Positions 1-13,160 of a stretch of 64,000 bases of DNA are shown here, piece by piece (positions within the stretch are counted from its first letter, which is position 1; every line of letters starts with the position of its first letter). Made by a program: the position numbers and the translations under genes. The stretch comes from Podarcis tiliguerta (lineage: Eukaryota). The DNA lies in NCBI GenBank assembly GCA_965153285.1, contig OZ229118.1; one strand, 5' to 3'. The notes below the pieces were generated by a model. That model was not told the origin of the DNA. It made no database searches and was given only the letters and a program-made list of their open reading frames with translations.

Positions 1-239
1 AGAGTTTATCCAACTGGAGCTTGCATTTCAGCAAAACATTGTAAATCCAAGTATCTCTATCTATATATTTACAATACATGCCTACTCTGAAAAAAAAGTT
101 CCAGGGGCAGAGCAAATGCAAAGAGCATAAACCTCTTCCTCTGCACATCAATACTTCCATTCTAGAGGTAGAATGCACAAGCCTATGGAAGTAAGTTTCG
201 GGAACTCTTTTCCTTCCACCAACCTAAGTACACAGACTA

Positions 240-450
240 GGTGGAGCAGACTAAAAGCCCATCAAACCAGCAACCTGTTCTCACAGTGGTCAGCCAGATT
301 CCTGCAAGCAGGACATGAGTGCAACAGCACTCCCCCCACTTGTGATTCCCATAAGCTGGTATTTAAAAGGATATCAACTGACACAGCAGGTAATACATAG
401 CTGTTATGGCTAGTAGCCATTGATAGCCTGATCCTCTGTGGGTTCTCTAT
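240..450 (-). mobile_element. CR1 3'-end fragment (relatives at ~18.4, 22.6, 44.35 kb)
   Basis: CCAGCAACCTGTTCTCACAGTGG...GCTAGTAGCCATTGATAGCC motif recurs several times in the window. Confidence 0.55.
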
Positions 451-3354
451 ATGTACATTTAGTGGCATTCTAATCAAAACATCTGCAAAAAGAATGAAGG
501 CTACTCCAGTACACAAGTGCTCAGTGCAACTTAAGGCCACACAGTTGAAGATATCAGTGACCCACAACTAATATACCTCTAAAATAGATACTATGCAAGG
601 AGAACAGAGTGCGGTGCCATCGTTCAATGGCGGAGCACGTGTGCTTTGTGTAAAACGTCCCAGGATCCATGTCTGGCACTTCCAGGTAATGTGAAAAGTT
701 TCAGCCTACAAGCTTGGAGAGCCACGGTCAATCGGAGCAGACCAACAGTTTGAACAAACAGTCTGGGTTGATGTAAGGCCCTTTTGCTTTGTGCTTTTGA
801 AAGAAAGTGAGCCAATATGATATAATGCAGGATGTTGTTTCTACGATCCTTATTAATGGTAGTACTTGATTCACCTATCAATAGTTAATCTTTCCAATGA
901 AAAGAAAAGGGATGTGTGGAAGGATTTGCACCGTCTTAAAACATTCCACTGGTGAGAAACTAGATTTGCCCTTCAGCCCTGGAGATGTGCCAGTTAGATT
1001 AGATACACATTAGTGAGGAAATTGCTGCCGTTTTAATGTTACAGCCAGAATAATATTAAACACTTCAGGCAATGGTGCTGTTTTCAAAGTTTGTCATTGT
1101 CATAATTGAATTGCAAAATTTTAGCCTTCTCCTACAGTAAGCTTTAACTTGGAAAATCTCCTCTTGGCTACCGTTACCATTCTGTTTAATGCATCACAAA
1201 ACCTCTAAGAACTATCTGTGTACATTTGCAATTTTCATTTGTGTTCTTTTCTGGGTAGATTAGACAGATTGCTCTTCAAGCAATGTTGCTACCATGCTTT
1301 CTTATGTCTTTGTTTTCATCTTCCAGTTTATCTACTTATCTCCTGCCATTGTCTGAAACAAACAATGAAGCTGGCTGGAACAGATTTCTATGTTATGACT
1401 TTTGTGTAGACAAATCACATTTAACTGGTGATCAGCTACCCACGTCTACTATTGCTCTCTGTAATTAGGATGTAAAGAGAAGCATATATGTAGTGCTTGA
1501 ACATATGTGCTTTATTATGTATACTCCAATGACAAATCTTTCCCCTTCCTACAGAAACAGCATTGGGGTTGTATCCAATTGTGTGTGGCCTTCCCTTTGA
1601 AGAAAGCAAAGGCTGGACATTTTACAAGAACTCTGGGGAGGGAGGGGAATCACATGGGGGAGCATGGTTCTATTATCTGTAAAGTTCACCCACCAGGGCA
1701 ACCAAAGCTGACTCAGTCCCATGGCCAGGTCTGAACCCAGATAATAACAGATCTAAATAATTATTTTCAAATAATTAAAAAACTTTGACATTAAACACAA
1801 CAGCATATTTAATGTATCATCTAGTCTGGCTCTACAGGAGAAAAATATGCAGCACCACACCGTTTCCCCACAAAGGTGCCAGAAAGTCAACCACAGCAGC
1901 AATCCTATGCATCTGAGATTTAAGTTTATCTCATATAATTTGGCTGCAGTGAGCCAAGGCATAGTCCTAGTTCCTGCAATAATTCCACATTTGTGCTTTG
2001 CACTTATCCTTTTTGAAATCCATCTGTTTCGAATGCAACTGATCAAAATCTGAACACAGTCGTCTTAAAAATGACCATGCAAATGCATGGTGCTGGCATC
2101 AATATTTCCTATCGCTAAGGGACTCTATTAACATAATTTCATGAGATCATCCTGTTTGTTGCATGTAGCTGGCCTGATCCTTCTGCACTGATACTGCAAT
2201 GCAACTTTGATGGATAACGTATTCCTCCCTGCCTCCCTCCCAAAATAGTAATGAAAATTTTGAGCGAAAGAGTTTCGAAGAGCCTGTGGGACCCTATTAA
2301 TAACTTCTCTCAAATGTGAATGTTTGCCTCTTAGCAACATTCTTTGTCCTTCCTGCTTTGTTTACATGAGATCTTATCTTGGGATAACAGCCTCTGACCT
2401 TGCTTCAAGTCAGCCTAACTTGATTAGGAGATGCAGACACCATCCTGAAAGCAAGAATTCAAAGCAAAAAGATCAACTTGGAAATAATCAAAGAGTCTTG
2501 ATTGGCCTTGCTGTTCATCTCAAGATAAGTGAGTATGTAAACAACAGCAGAGTTTATCTCTGGTGGAGGGAGCCCACATTTCCACAGGGATCTGTGAATG
2601 ACCCAAGAGAGTCTGCAAACAGCACACAGTAATGTTTTGTTTGCATAACAGCCTTAAATTCTGTACTGTGTGCCATGCTTGCCCTGGAGACTTGCTCACA
2701 AATCTTACCTCCATCCTAAGTGCAATTGTGTAGCAAAGGGCAGTTGTATGTGAAGGATGGAACGCCTTCCTGGCTCAAGACAGTTTTTACACCAGTGTTG
2801 GCAGATCATCATTTGTCACTTACAAAGAAAAAAGTAACTTACTAATGATTAAGAGCCACAGGCATAGTATAAAATAAAGAAAACCCATGATCATGGCCCA
2901 TAAACATACTGAGCAAAAACAATGGACAGAAAATAATATTTCTCATATAATAAGTCAAATGCCTGGGAAACTTTTTGTGTTTTAGCCTGGCACTAAATTG
3001 TGAATATTTCACAAATGGGGAGCCACAACAGAAAAAGTCTCTCACCCCGCTCTCTTGCCCTCAGGTGGGGCACCCAGAGGACAGCTACATATGAAGACCA
3101 AACAGTTCATACCTGAAGTTCTCCCAATATACTAGAAACTTCTACCACACCACCATTCTAAAAACAGTCAACCCTGAAGTAAGTGCCCCATCAAAACAAC
3201 CAGGATTTCTGGTATATAGGCAAAGAAATGAAAAATGTCTTATGAGTCATGTAAAGTGGAACCCTTTGATACATGTACACATAAGAAAATGCTCACTTCA
3301 AATGAGAAAATTCCTCTCTTCTACACAGCTTTGACAAACACCCTACCCACTTAA

Positions 3355-3591
3355 ACTCTGGATGCAAGGGAGAAACGTGCTAAGAGGAAGGCAAGCTTGG
3401 CAAAACCACACCGTGATCAACTGCTGCCTGGAAACCAATGTCCCCACTGTGGAAAGACGTGTGGATCCAGAATTGGCCTCCACAGTCACCTACGGACTCA
3501 TTGTTAAAACCGTGTTTATGGAAGAGAATCTTAATCGGCTACGAGTGATTGAAGAAGAAGAAGAAGAAGAAGAAGAAGAAGAAGAAGAAGA
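3355..3591 (+). mobile_element. 3' end of an RTE-clade LINE (non-BovB) with C-terminal C2H2 finger and (GAA)n tail
   Basis: Frame reading EKRAKRKASLAKPHRDQLLPGNQCPHCGKTCGSRIGLHSHLRTHC* (stop 3505-3507), then a short UTR and (GAA)13. Confidence 0.8.
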
Positions 3592-5895
3592 CCCATATGA
3601 TGGTTTTGTAGGTTGGCTAATTTGGTCCCATGAAGCTCCTTTAGATCAGCTGAAGAAATTACACAGGGCATCATACTGAACAAGCCGCTGAAAAATACCT
3701 GTATTGCTGTCTCTTCTCCCCATTCTGGAATTTAATTAGCAGTTACCAACATGGTGGAACTGTACCAATGCTTTAATAAAAAGTTTTGTTTTGCTTCCCA
3801 ATACAGTGCTAGCTAGTTTCAACTGTTAAATATTTTTACTTATCAGGAAAGTTGTTAAACATCATTTGTTGCTACTGCTTTATTTTAAGTTGCTAACATG
3901 CAGCATATTTTATGATGTCCCTATTAGTAGGGCTGAAATGTGAAAATAACAATAGTTTAAAAAAATGCATCCGGACAGCTTAGAAATAGTCTAGATGCAA
4001 CTTTGATTATTTTTCCAAAATAAAAGGCAAGCTAATAACAGAAATATTGTAAAAATGAATTTGCCTGCTAAAAATGTGTTGGATGAACATCTAAAAATAA
4101 CTTCCTTTGAGAAACTTGACACTTGGCAAGCAAGCAAGTATACCATGATAAATTAATAGCTTCAGGTATTTTAGAATCAGACGCTTATTGAAGCTACTTG
4201 GCTTTGAGGCACAGGTGGTATTTTAATGCCTTCTTTTTTAAAATGTAACTGTTTATAAACACTTACAGTCAAGTACAAAATGCTTTTTCTAGCATTCATT
4301 TCAATGGACATATTTTGAACTTAATCATTTTTTATTCATAACGATCACAAATTGGAACAAAATTGTTACCAAGGGTTACAGACGTTAATTGCACAATCTC
4401 AAACTTAATTTACTGCATTCATAGTACAGTAAGTAATTTTTCAATAAGAAGGCAAAATCAAGGAAAGATTAAACACTTAAGCTTCACTGATATCAACTGG
4501 ACAGTGCAAATCCATCAATATGACTTCTAAAATGTTTTGACATTGGCTACAGCTAATGTTATTAATAACTTCCATAATAATTTTAATGTAGGAAGTGTCT
4601 TCACTCAGAATCCCATGCATTGTCATAAAACTCAGGGGGGAATTGTGCTTCTCAGTCCATCCATAGTGGTAGTTCATGTGCTTTCTGTACTTGAGACACT
4701 GAATAACACTTGTCAGTCAGAGCAGATGATACTATGCTCAGTGGGCGGATGTTCCAATTTGATATGACAGCTTTTTATATGTTCACATCATAGGTACTTG
4801 GGTTTACATCCCAAATATTGAGAATTTGTTGTCTAAAACTGTCACTTCTTGTACACAGCTATCTTCTTATTTGTAGGTGACTTTTCAGCCCACAGGTTGT
4901 TTTGATTTTGATTTTTGTTTGTCTGTACATTTCCAAATTTTTATGTTTTATGGTGGTGAAAAGAATCTGGAAAATCTAGAGATAAAGTAAGTGGGGCTAT
5001 ACAGGCCACTCTGTTCCATTTGGTCTCACTGGCACTCAGTTGTAGCTTCATTGCGTTCTGTTTTGTGTGCATTTCTTTTTCAGAATCCACAAAACATTTA
5101 AATGGCATGCATTTGGAAAGCACTTTTTTTCCCTTACAGAAAATATGCTCCTTTCAATGCTTTGAAAATAAATAAAATGCATCTACTTGCATGCACTTTT
5201 TGCACTCTAAAACTGCATTGCAAAAAGGAGAGAAAGAAGAGAGCAATGTGAATTGGAGTTGCATTCCGACCCACAAGCAAATTCAGCATCATCACATCAG
5301 ACTGGTCTTCCGAGAAAAACAGACCAAATAAATTCCTCCCTCCTCCTCCTCCTCTGTTGCTGAGCTATGATCCTTTCCTCTTGCAAGGGACAAAAATGCA
5401 TGCATGCTGTGAAATACATGCTATGAAAACTATGCAAAAGTTATATTTCAAATTGCCTTCACTCTGCAATTTGCTCACTACTCAAAATTATGAGTGTGTT
5501 TGCCTATAAAGAAGGGGAACCTTCCCTTTTCATCTTCTGAAAATAAACTGCTCCACCCTGTAACCAACTACATACTAACATACTTCTGGAAAGTTCTCAA
5601 CCTTCAGTTGTCTTAAACAAAGACACATGTGTACACATTGGATGGAAGAAGCAACATATCTGAAATGCTGCCTACTTTTTTTGTATCTAGGAAGGGGATG
5701 GATCCAGGGAAGGCAGGAGAATTATGCAATACGGGAGGAGCAGCAGGAGGAACAAAAAAGAAAACACTGGAAAGAGGAGAGGACAATGCTGTTCACAGTG
5801 CAAATGCACGTATTTATTCTCAGGCTACAGAGGAAAGCAATCATGGCTGCTGCAGCTACTTATAAGAAAAAGCCTATTGTGCATGTATAAAATTA

Positions 5896-6153
5896 CCGTA
5901 TTTTTCGCTCTATAAGACGCACCAGACCATAAGATGCACCTAGTTTTTGGAGGAGGAAAACAAGAAAAAAAATATTCTGAATCCCAAAAGCCAGAACAGC
6001 AAGAGGGATAACTGCGCAGCAAAAGCAGCGATCCCTCTTGTTGTTCTGGCTTCTGGGATAGCTGCGCAGCCTGCATTCGCTCCATAAGATGCACACACAT
6101 TTCCCCCTACTTTTTAGGAGGGAAAAAGTGAGTCTTATAGAGCAAAAATACGG
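5896..6153. mobile_element. Non-autonomous Tc1/mariner-superfamily (Tc2/pogo-like) MITE
   Basis: TIRs CCGTATTTTTCGCTCTATAAGAC ... GTCTTATAGAGCAAAAATACGG, flanked by TA on both sides. Internal hairpin. Confidence 0.85.
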
Positions 6154-6859
6154 TATATACAAGACACTACACACACTCCATTAACTTGTGAATTAAATTA
6201 AGTGAATCAACCAAATTTGAATGCCTCATTTTTAAAGAAATATATGAAATAGTGAAGGGGAAAAGGATTTAAATCAATTATGAAACAAGTTCTTTTTATC
6301 AGAGACTGAAAGATCAGCTGCAACCCGGAATGATGTGCCTATAGCAAGTATCAGGAGCAACCAGATTCAATGGGTGAGGCTGTTATACAAAGGTTGAAGA
6401 AATGAAAGATGCGCCCCTGAAGCATAATCCATTCATTTTTTCCTGTAACCTTTCATAACTTTGGGGGCAGGGGGAGTTGGAGGGAAAAGAATACTTCAAA
6501 GATGAAAAAGTGAAATGAGATGCAAAGCAAAAATGCAGTAGCTGTATGCTTTCAAGTTCACACCTTCTTTTCAAACATCCATATGGGCTAATAAAATATT
6601 CCATTCAAGGAAGTTGTTATCAGATGGATTGCGGGCCCTGCAGAAGCTACTATGCTTATCAACAAGGTACAATTGTATGCCTAAACAGCAAAGGGAACCT
6701 GTCACTTTTCACTGAAAGGATCTGAAACTGCTCAAGAAATTCAGTCAAACACGGTGCCGTTCAAAAGCTCTTGCCATACAGGAAATGATAGCTCAGGTTA
6801 AGTTTGACAAAAGTCGTTCATAGATCCAGAACTCCTGTTATGGTAGGTCAAGTCCAACT

Positions 6860-7210
6860 CACCACTCAGACGCCTTGCCCAAGACTCCTGCATTGCTCCC
6901 AACCAAGGTGGCATTAATCCGGGACAGGGCCTTCCGTGTGGTGGTTCCTTGTTTGCAGAATTGCTCTCCCTGGTGAGGTGTCCCTGTCTCTCTCATGACT
7001 GATTTTTTAGGAAATACGTGAAAATATTCCCATTTATGCAGGTATGAGATGGCTGAGATATACTGTTTATGGCAACCGTGAAATAAATAACTGTCAGGGT
7101 ATGTGATTGTGTTTAAATGTTTTGATTTGATTTGAAATTGCACCGTTTAAATATTTTGCTGGGCTCCCATGGGAGGAAGGGTGGCATATAACAAATGATG
7201 ATAATAATAA
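6860..7210 (+). mobile_element. L2 LINE 3' fragment
   Basis: GGGACAGGGCCTTCCGTGTGGTGG motif, then GGGAGGAAGGGTGGCATATA and (TAA)n tail. Confidence 0.62.
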
Positions 7211-7530
7211 CAGACTGCCCAGGACTCTTTATGATAGCAAATCAACTTAAATCATGGATAGTCAAAGCACCATTGCCCCCTCTTTCCTGGAACGTCCCGT
7301 GGTGACAGAACAAATCAGCCATGGAGGACAGGTTGGCATGGCACACAGAGGCCAAAGAGGAGATTAAAGGGTCGAACTAGACAATATGGCTCAAACCAAT
7401 GACGCCACTACAAGAACAGAACCAATTTCTCCTAACACAATGAACTTACTTTCACCACAGGCACTGCAGGTTGGGAGGGGAGAAAGGAGAAGTTCACTCA
7501 CACAACATTAGACTTCACCCTATCTAACGC

Positions 7531-7649
7531 CAAGGTTTTTTTCAGCCAGCACTCCCTGGAACTCAGGTGGGCACCATTGCCATTATAAGAGAACAAGAAT
7601 GGCATTTGTGGTGAGTTCCAGCACCTGTTTTTCTACAAAAATAACACTG
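7531..7649. mobile_element. hAT-type non-autonomous element
   Basis: CA...CTG ends with near-perfect 8-bp TSD TCTAACGC (7523-7530) / TCTAACAC (7650-7657). Confidence 0.7.
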
Positions 7650-7877
7650 TCTAACACCATATGTTAACTGTGCGATTGCACAATGAAATGCACCTCAGTT
7701 TTTAAATCTCCTCTAAAGAGACATAGGGAGGCATTCTTGATTTTGACTATGGTACATTCAGACTGTCTCAACCCTTCTCCTCTCTCCCACTTTAGACACA
7801 GCACCACTGAAGTTCCTGCTTGCCCCAGGAGAAAAGTTGCCAGTGACATTACTAATGCCTTTAAGAAATTAATAATA

Positions 7878-8103
7878 CAGTGGTACCTCAGGTTACAGAT
7901 GCTTTAGGTTACAGACTCCGCTAACCCAGAAATAGTACCTCAGGTTAAGAACTTTGCTTCAGGATGAGAACGGAAATCGTGCTCTGGCGGTCAAGTGGCA
8001 GCAGGAGGCCTCATTAGCTAAAGTGGTGCTTCAGGTTAAGAACAGTTTCAGGTTAAGAACGGACCTACAGAATGAATTAAGTTCTTAACCCGAGGTACCA
8101 CTG
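7878..8103. mobile_element. Tigger/pogo-like MITE (CAGTGGTACCTC TIR), copy 1
   Basis: TA-CAGTGGTACCTCAGGTTA ... TAACCCGAGGTACCACTG-TA. Homologous to copies at 10377 and 55649. Confidence 0.88.
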
Positions 8104-8815
8104 TAGTAATCTTTATCAATTTCTGAAATCAAATTATCATAACCAAATGCATCATCTAGTTTTGCTGTAAGGGTGAAGAGACCAGAGGTTTTTAATCTAT
8201 TTATTCTTACTGTTAAGGCTTTATTATAACTGCAGTTTTATTCCACTCATTGCCTGGTTTCAAGCTGGTTTCACATGAAGGCTGGGAATCCAGTGTTTAT
8301 GCTTCTCTACATTTAAGAAAAATCCCACGAACAATAGCAGCGGAGTGATGAAATGAGCTCACAATTCAGCAAAGACTGGAACAACAAGTTGTAGAAGATT
8401 CCCAATAGTCTGCCAACAGCATACTCCCAGGATCAAATACAGCTACACCCATGCAGTGAGCTTGCAAAAGGTAATCCTCAACTCCCAGAAAAAAAGATGA
8501 CAAATCTAGATTTTTAGACAGAAAAAAAAATATTGCTGCACACACCAGACTAGTGGATTCAAGTCTTCAATGCTGTCATGTTTCATGCACTCTTTTACTG
8601 GGGAAGAACAGCACAAAAACCCCCATATAATATATCAGCATCCATGTAGATATACCCACTATGTGCAATAACCATTGTCAACTGGGTAAAGGCTCCAAGA
8701 AAATGGAGATTCCAGAAAGTTAATTGCTGAAATTTAGTGATGAGTAAAACATTTCAGAAAAGGATTTGACACACGAGGCTCCAAAAGCTAAGTTTTCATT
8801 AGTATTTGTACTCAC

Positions 8816-9045
8816 CGGTAAACATTTTTGTAACAGCTTTGCTCTGCTTCCGGGCAGAGCACAGGAGCAGCAACCATGGAGGGAAAAACTCATAGTGACT
8901 AGCTAGAAGCTCAGCTATAGTTCCAGATAAGCCCGTAGATGTCTGGTCGCCTTCTGCAATGTTACATCCCTCATCCACAGAATCTACAAGGAGGAAGAGA
9001 CTTTGTTGAGGGGGCTTGGCTCCGAGAAGAGGCAGCAAAATGCAC
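8816..9045 (-). CDS. ANKRD50: ANKRD50 coding exon 3 (230 nt), contains Walker B-like [10 protein letters not shown]
   Basis: Acceptor ttcttctccttgcag|G and donor ACCG|GTGAGT. Translation (R)[26 protein letters not shown]...KAVTKMFTG continues the previous exon (AG+G=Arg) and matches recalled ANKRD50. Confidence 0.95.
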
Positions 9046-10376
9046 CTGCAAGGAGAAGAAGAAAGGAGACTTATAATAAACACACATAAAATCCAGAAAT
9101 ATATTCTATATGGGTAGTTTTGTTTTTCAGCAAAGGAACTTGGGTGTGTTTGTGTGTATGTGTGTTTGCGTGTACACAAAGAAGTGTTCACAGTATGTAC
9201 TAAAACGAGGTCGCTAGGGAATTCTTTTTCCAGTGTTGTCAGGGAATGCAGACTCACTTGCAGCCACTTTAATATTTGATTAAGCCTTTTAAACATGTAA
9301 ACAAATGCAGCAGTTCAAGTGCTGAGGCCAACCACAAGCACGTCTGGATTATGCTTGTGCAGCTACCCAACATGGCCATAAACAGGGAATTTCAAGTTTA
9401 ACAGGAGTTGGATACGCCCAGCAGAATATCTGTGAAATCTGAATAGAGGTTTTATTAGTACCAAGCGCAATCCCAGCTAAAGTTCTAGTAACAACTATTC
9501 GCAGCAATGCTCCTGGTCTGTACAAGCCCTATTGGAAGGTACTGCAGATACACAGGCCACCATTACTCTCTTGTGCGAATGCCATTCATTTCCATGGCTG
9601 AGTGCGCAACAAGTGGATGCTCTCATTATGAGACGGTACACAATCACAAAACCACCCAGTAAGAGCCTCTTTGCATGATCTCTGAAATAACATTCCTGAA
9701 TTCAAGTCAGTATCCAGTTTGTTTACTCTAGCAAGCAGCTAAGTCCAAAGCTAAAGTGAACTGAAATTGAACCAGCAACTCTTGGCAAGATCAGAGGTGC
9801 TTGCTCACCCCTCATTCCTTGGAGGCTACATGATTCTTCACTGTATGAATACAAGATATTGCAGGACCATCTACCCAAACCAAACCAGACTGTCTACCTC
9901 CTTTGCCCCCACACAAAACGTCATGGTGGTAGATGTCTGAGTCCTTGCATCACTGCTAGGAAGCAGGCCATAACCTCCCCACCAAAACCGGTTGTGGGGT
10001 GAGAGCATATACTAACAGTAAGTACAGCATCAGAGCTATGAAAGCTTCAGAAATAAAGAAATAGCCCTTCAAGGAAAGGCAGCTGCCCCCAACAGCATGC
10101 TTCTCTCTGATCACAAGATTTGCAATTCTTAGGGTGGGGGTGGGAAGGAACAGGCAAAACCCAGAATCACTTAAATAACTCAAGGATGTGTTTGTGCTCC
10201 GGAATTCTTTATGACAGCATTTTATCAAAAGATGTGTCATGATAACAACCTGGATAATCCCCTTGGAATATAATTATAATTATAAATCTCCAATAAATGG
10301 GATTTAAGTAAAGTGTGAAGTAAAAAAAGTACATGCCAGATAAGAAAAAAAATATACAAATAGCTCAAAGTCTGTA

Positions 10377-10601
10377 CAGCGGTACCTCGGGTTACAAACA
10401 CCTCAGGTTACAGACGCTGCTAACCCAGAAGTAGTACCTCGAGTTAAGAACTTTACCTCAGGATGAGAACAGAAATCTTGCCCTGGCGGTGCAGCGGCAG
10501 CGGAAGGCCCTATTAGCTAAAGTGGTACCTCAGGTTAAGAACGGTTTCAGGTTAAGAATGGACCTTTGGAATGAATTAAGTTCGTAACCAGAGGTACCAC
10601 T
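10377..10601. mobile_element. Tigger/pogo-like MITE, copy 2
   Basis: TA-CAGCGGTACCTCGGGTTA ... TAACCAGAGGTACCACT-TA; same internal sequence as 7878-8103. Confidence 0.85.
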
Positions 10602-12719
10602 TACAGCCAATGAATAACTAGATATTAGAGTTGCAATCCTGATACATTTGCATTCTAGTCAGTCTCACTGAACTCAGTGGGGCTTGCTTCTGATTGAATA
10701 AGCCTAGGACTGCACAGAAAACCTATGAAACACATGTTTCCTTCATTGTACAAAAACCCTACTCATCTAATTGCACTTTCTGCCACCATGAAAGTCTTGG
10801 TTAACCAGTGAAAAAGGCATGCTCAATTATCCAAACTTCTGATTACTCAACGCAGCTATTGGGATGAATAAGGCTGTAGTACTATTTTATCAACTGGCAG
10901 GGATGGGGGTGGGTAGAGCCTTCAACGCAACTTGCATTTTTGCCATACCAAGGAAGTGATTCACCAACCGCTTCCAGTAATGTAGCCCCACTGACTTGAC
11001 CAGATGAGTGAAAGGCCTGACACACTTCCAAAGTGTCATTTTGTATTACTAACCATTTGCCTTTTTGTTGTGTTTTTGGACTGGAATTCCCCCATCACCT
11101 CCAAGAATCCATAATTTCCATCATACTTTTTCTGAGTGCAGTTCTTTATGTCCCTATTTAAGACCAATTTTATCACAGAGGTGATTCCTAATTTATTTGA
11201 AATGGTTAAAAACAATCATTGGTGCATATTTAAATGGAATAGATATCCATTACTTTCTAATAATTGTAAAGAGCTAGGCATTCCATATGTAAGGTAAAAC
11301 ACATTCCATGCAAACTCGCCACAGTTCACATTTAGAACAGTTTGGCTATTCCCCATTTCCACCAGTGCATTCTGACTAAGATTTTTAAACACAAATTTAA
11401 TTCTAGCAGGGGGGGAAAAGAATGCATTACAACGCATTACAGCTACCAGTAACTTCCCAAGGCTAGAGCATCATTACAACAGGAGATATCACACAAAAAA
11501 GCAGACTCTTTTAAGTGTCTGCTTCAGCGCATCCAGAATTTTCTAACTTCCAACTGCATCCTGACCTCAGGCCTATTCAGCAGATTCTTCAATAAGGCAA
11601 CTGTTCCTGCCATGAAATAGTCTTGACTAGAAAATAATCCCTTTATTTTCAAAAATGCCATCTTGGTTTCAGAGCAGAATGAACTGCGGCTCTTCGCCCC
11701 CTTCTCGTGCCAGCCAAATGTTTCGTTATCTCTAGAGAAGGTTAGCAGTCATCTTGGAGACCGTTTGAAAATAATCATGAGCTCTGTAAAATAAGATGTA
11801 AACAATATGCCATCAAACCTAATTATATGTTATGAGTGAGAAATCGATCTTCAGAGTGACAACAAGTGGAACAAAGGGCTGGGAGCATCTGAAACTTCTG
11901 CATCTCCACATAACACTGGCTTTACTTCCAAATTCAGATGTGCAGCTGCACTGTTAGCCCCTCTTTATTCGCTTGTTTCTACCATTTCCCTAGATATTTA
12001 CCATAGGTAATCACTCCTACCCTTCACTCCTCCCTTCAATAGCAAAAACACCTTTATGAGAAAGGCTCTTCATGTTAATCAGATGCGCTTTAAAAATATG
12101 TCACAAAGAACCTTCCATTCAAATCCACAGCACTAAACTTTTCCAACTTTTGCATCTGTGGGAATCAGCCATCCATGCCATGTAGGAAAAAGGTCTCCAC
12201 AGAACACCATCAAACACCAGCCAGTCATGTGGCTTTGGTTGGGAGATGCAACCAAGCCATGCCTTTTATTTTACTCTCCCCTCCCTCCCACTACATTCAC
12301 GCTTATGTAGTAATTTGTGATAAAATGTTCATGGCTGCAGCAGCAGCAAATGCCTTTCATCTTGGAAGCTCACACTAAACACATTTCCCTAGAATGGCTC
12401 GTTTTGGGATGATCAGTGCCAACTCTTCCAAGAGAGTGCAACCTCCTGCAACCTTTGCCAACACTCCTGCAAGTGGTAAAAACCTGCACTGCTACACCAA
12501 GAAATGGGAATCTGTGGCCTTCTGAATTTTGGCTGCCCTAGTCGGTATGGCAAACAGTGAGAGGTGATGGCAGTGGGGTCCAGCAACACCCAAAGGTCTC
12601 TGCACTACATATTTTACACATGATTTTCTGTATCTTATGTAAATCGGGTTAGCCATGCAGGCATCAAAATTGGACAACACACTCAGTTCCTAAGAAACAG
12701 CACAAATTGGTTTATGTGT

Positions 12720-13160
12720 TCATTGATCATTTGGATATAAATTCAGCTTCATCTCACCAGAATAGGTCTATAAATCCGGAAGGCCATATTCCCTCATATG
12801 AACCTGTCTGGGCTCTGAAATATTCAGGGGAGCCTCTTTATCTTGGTCCCACCACCCTCAAAGGCATGTTTGGTAGATACGCAGGACAGGGCCTTCTCAG
12901 TGGCTGCTCCCAGACTTTGGCTGCTCCCTTCCTAGAGAATTACGATTGGCTCCCTCCTTGTTGACTTGAAAGGGCTATTGCTGTCCTGTTTTTATTGTAA
13001 TGATCTATATGTTTGTGTGTGTGTACGTTTAAATGTTGTTTTTTAAATGAAAGCTTTCTCCCCCTAGGTTTCACCTGTTTCTGTTTTAGCTGTAAGTTGC
13101 TTTGGGTTCCTATCAGGGGGAAAGGCAGGATATCAATAATGATATAAATTAAGAAATAAA
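12720..13160 (+). mobile_element. L2 LINE 3' fragment
   Basis: GGACAGGGCCTTCTCAGTGGCTGCTCCCAGACTTTGG (RAFSVAAPRLW), T-rich UTR, GTAAGTTGCTTTGGG...GAAAGGCAGGATAT and A-rich tail. Confidence 0.7.

Noticed and set aside
3362-3679. 105-aa ORF with poly-Glu
   Set aside because: Poly-E is the (GAA)n tail of an RTE fragment read off-frame.
1-8815. ANKRD50 ankyrin-repeat exon
   Set aside because: No long minus-strand ORF or ankyrin motifs; the exon must lie beyond the window's left edge.
9046-9296. N-terminal part of the 165-aa ORF containing ANKRD50 exon 3
   Set aside because: Intronic read-through upstream of a clear acceptor at 9046/9045.
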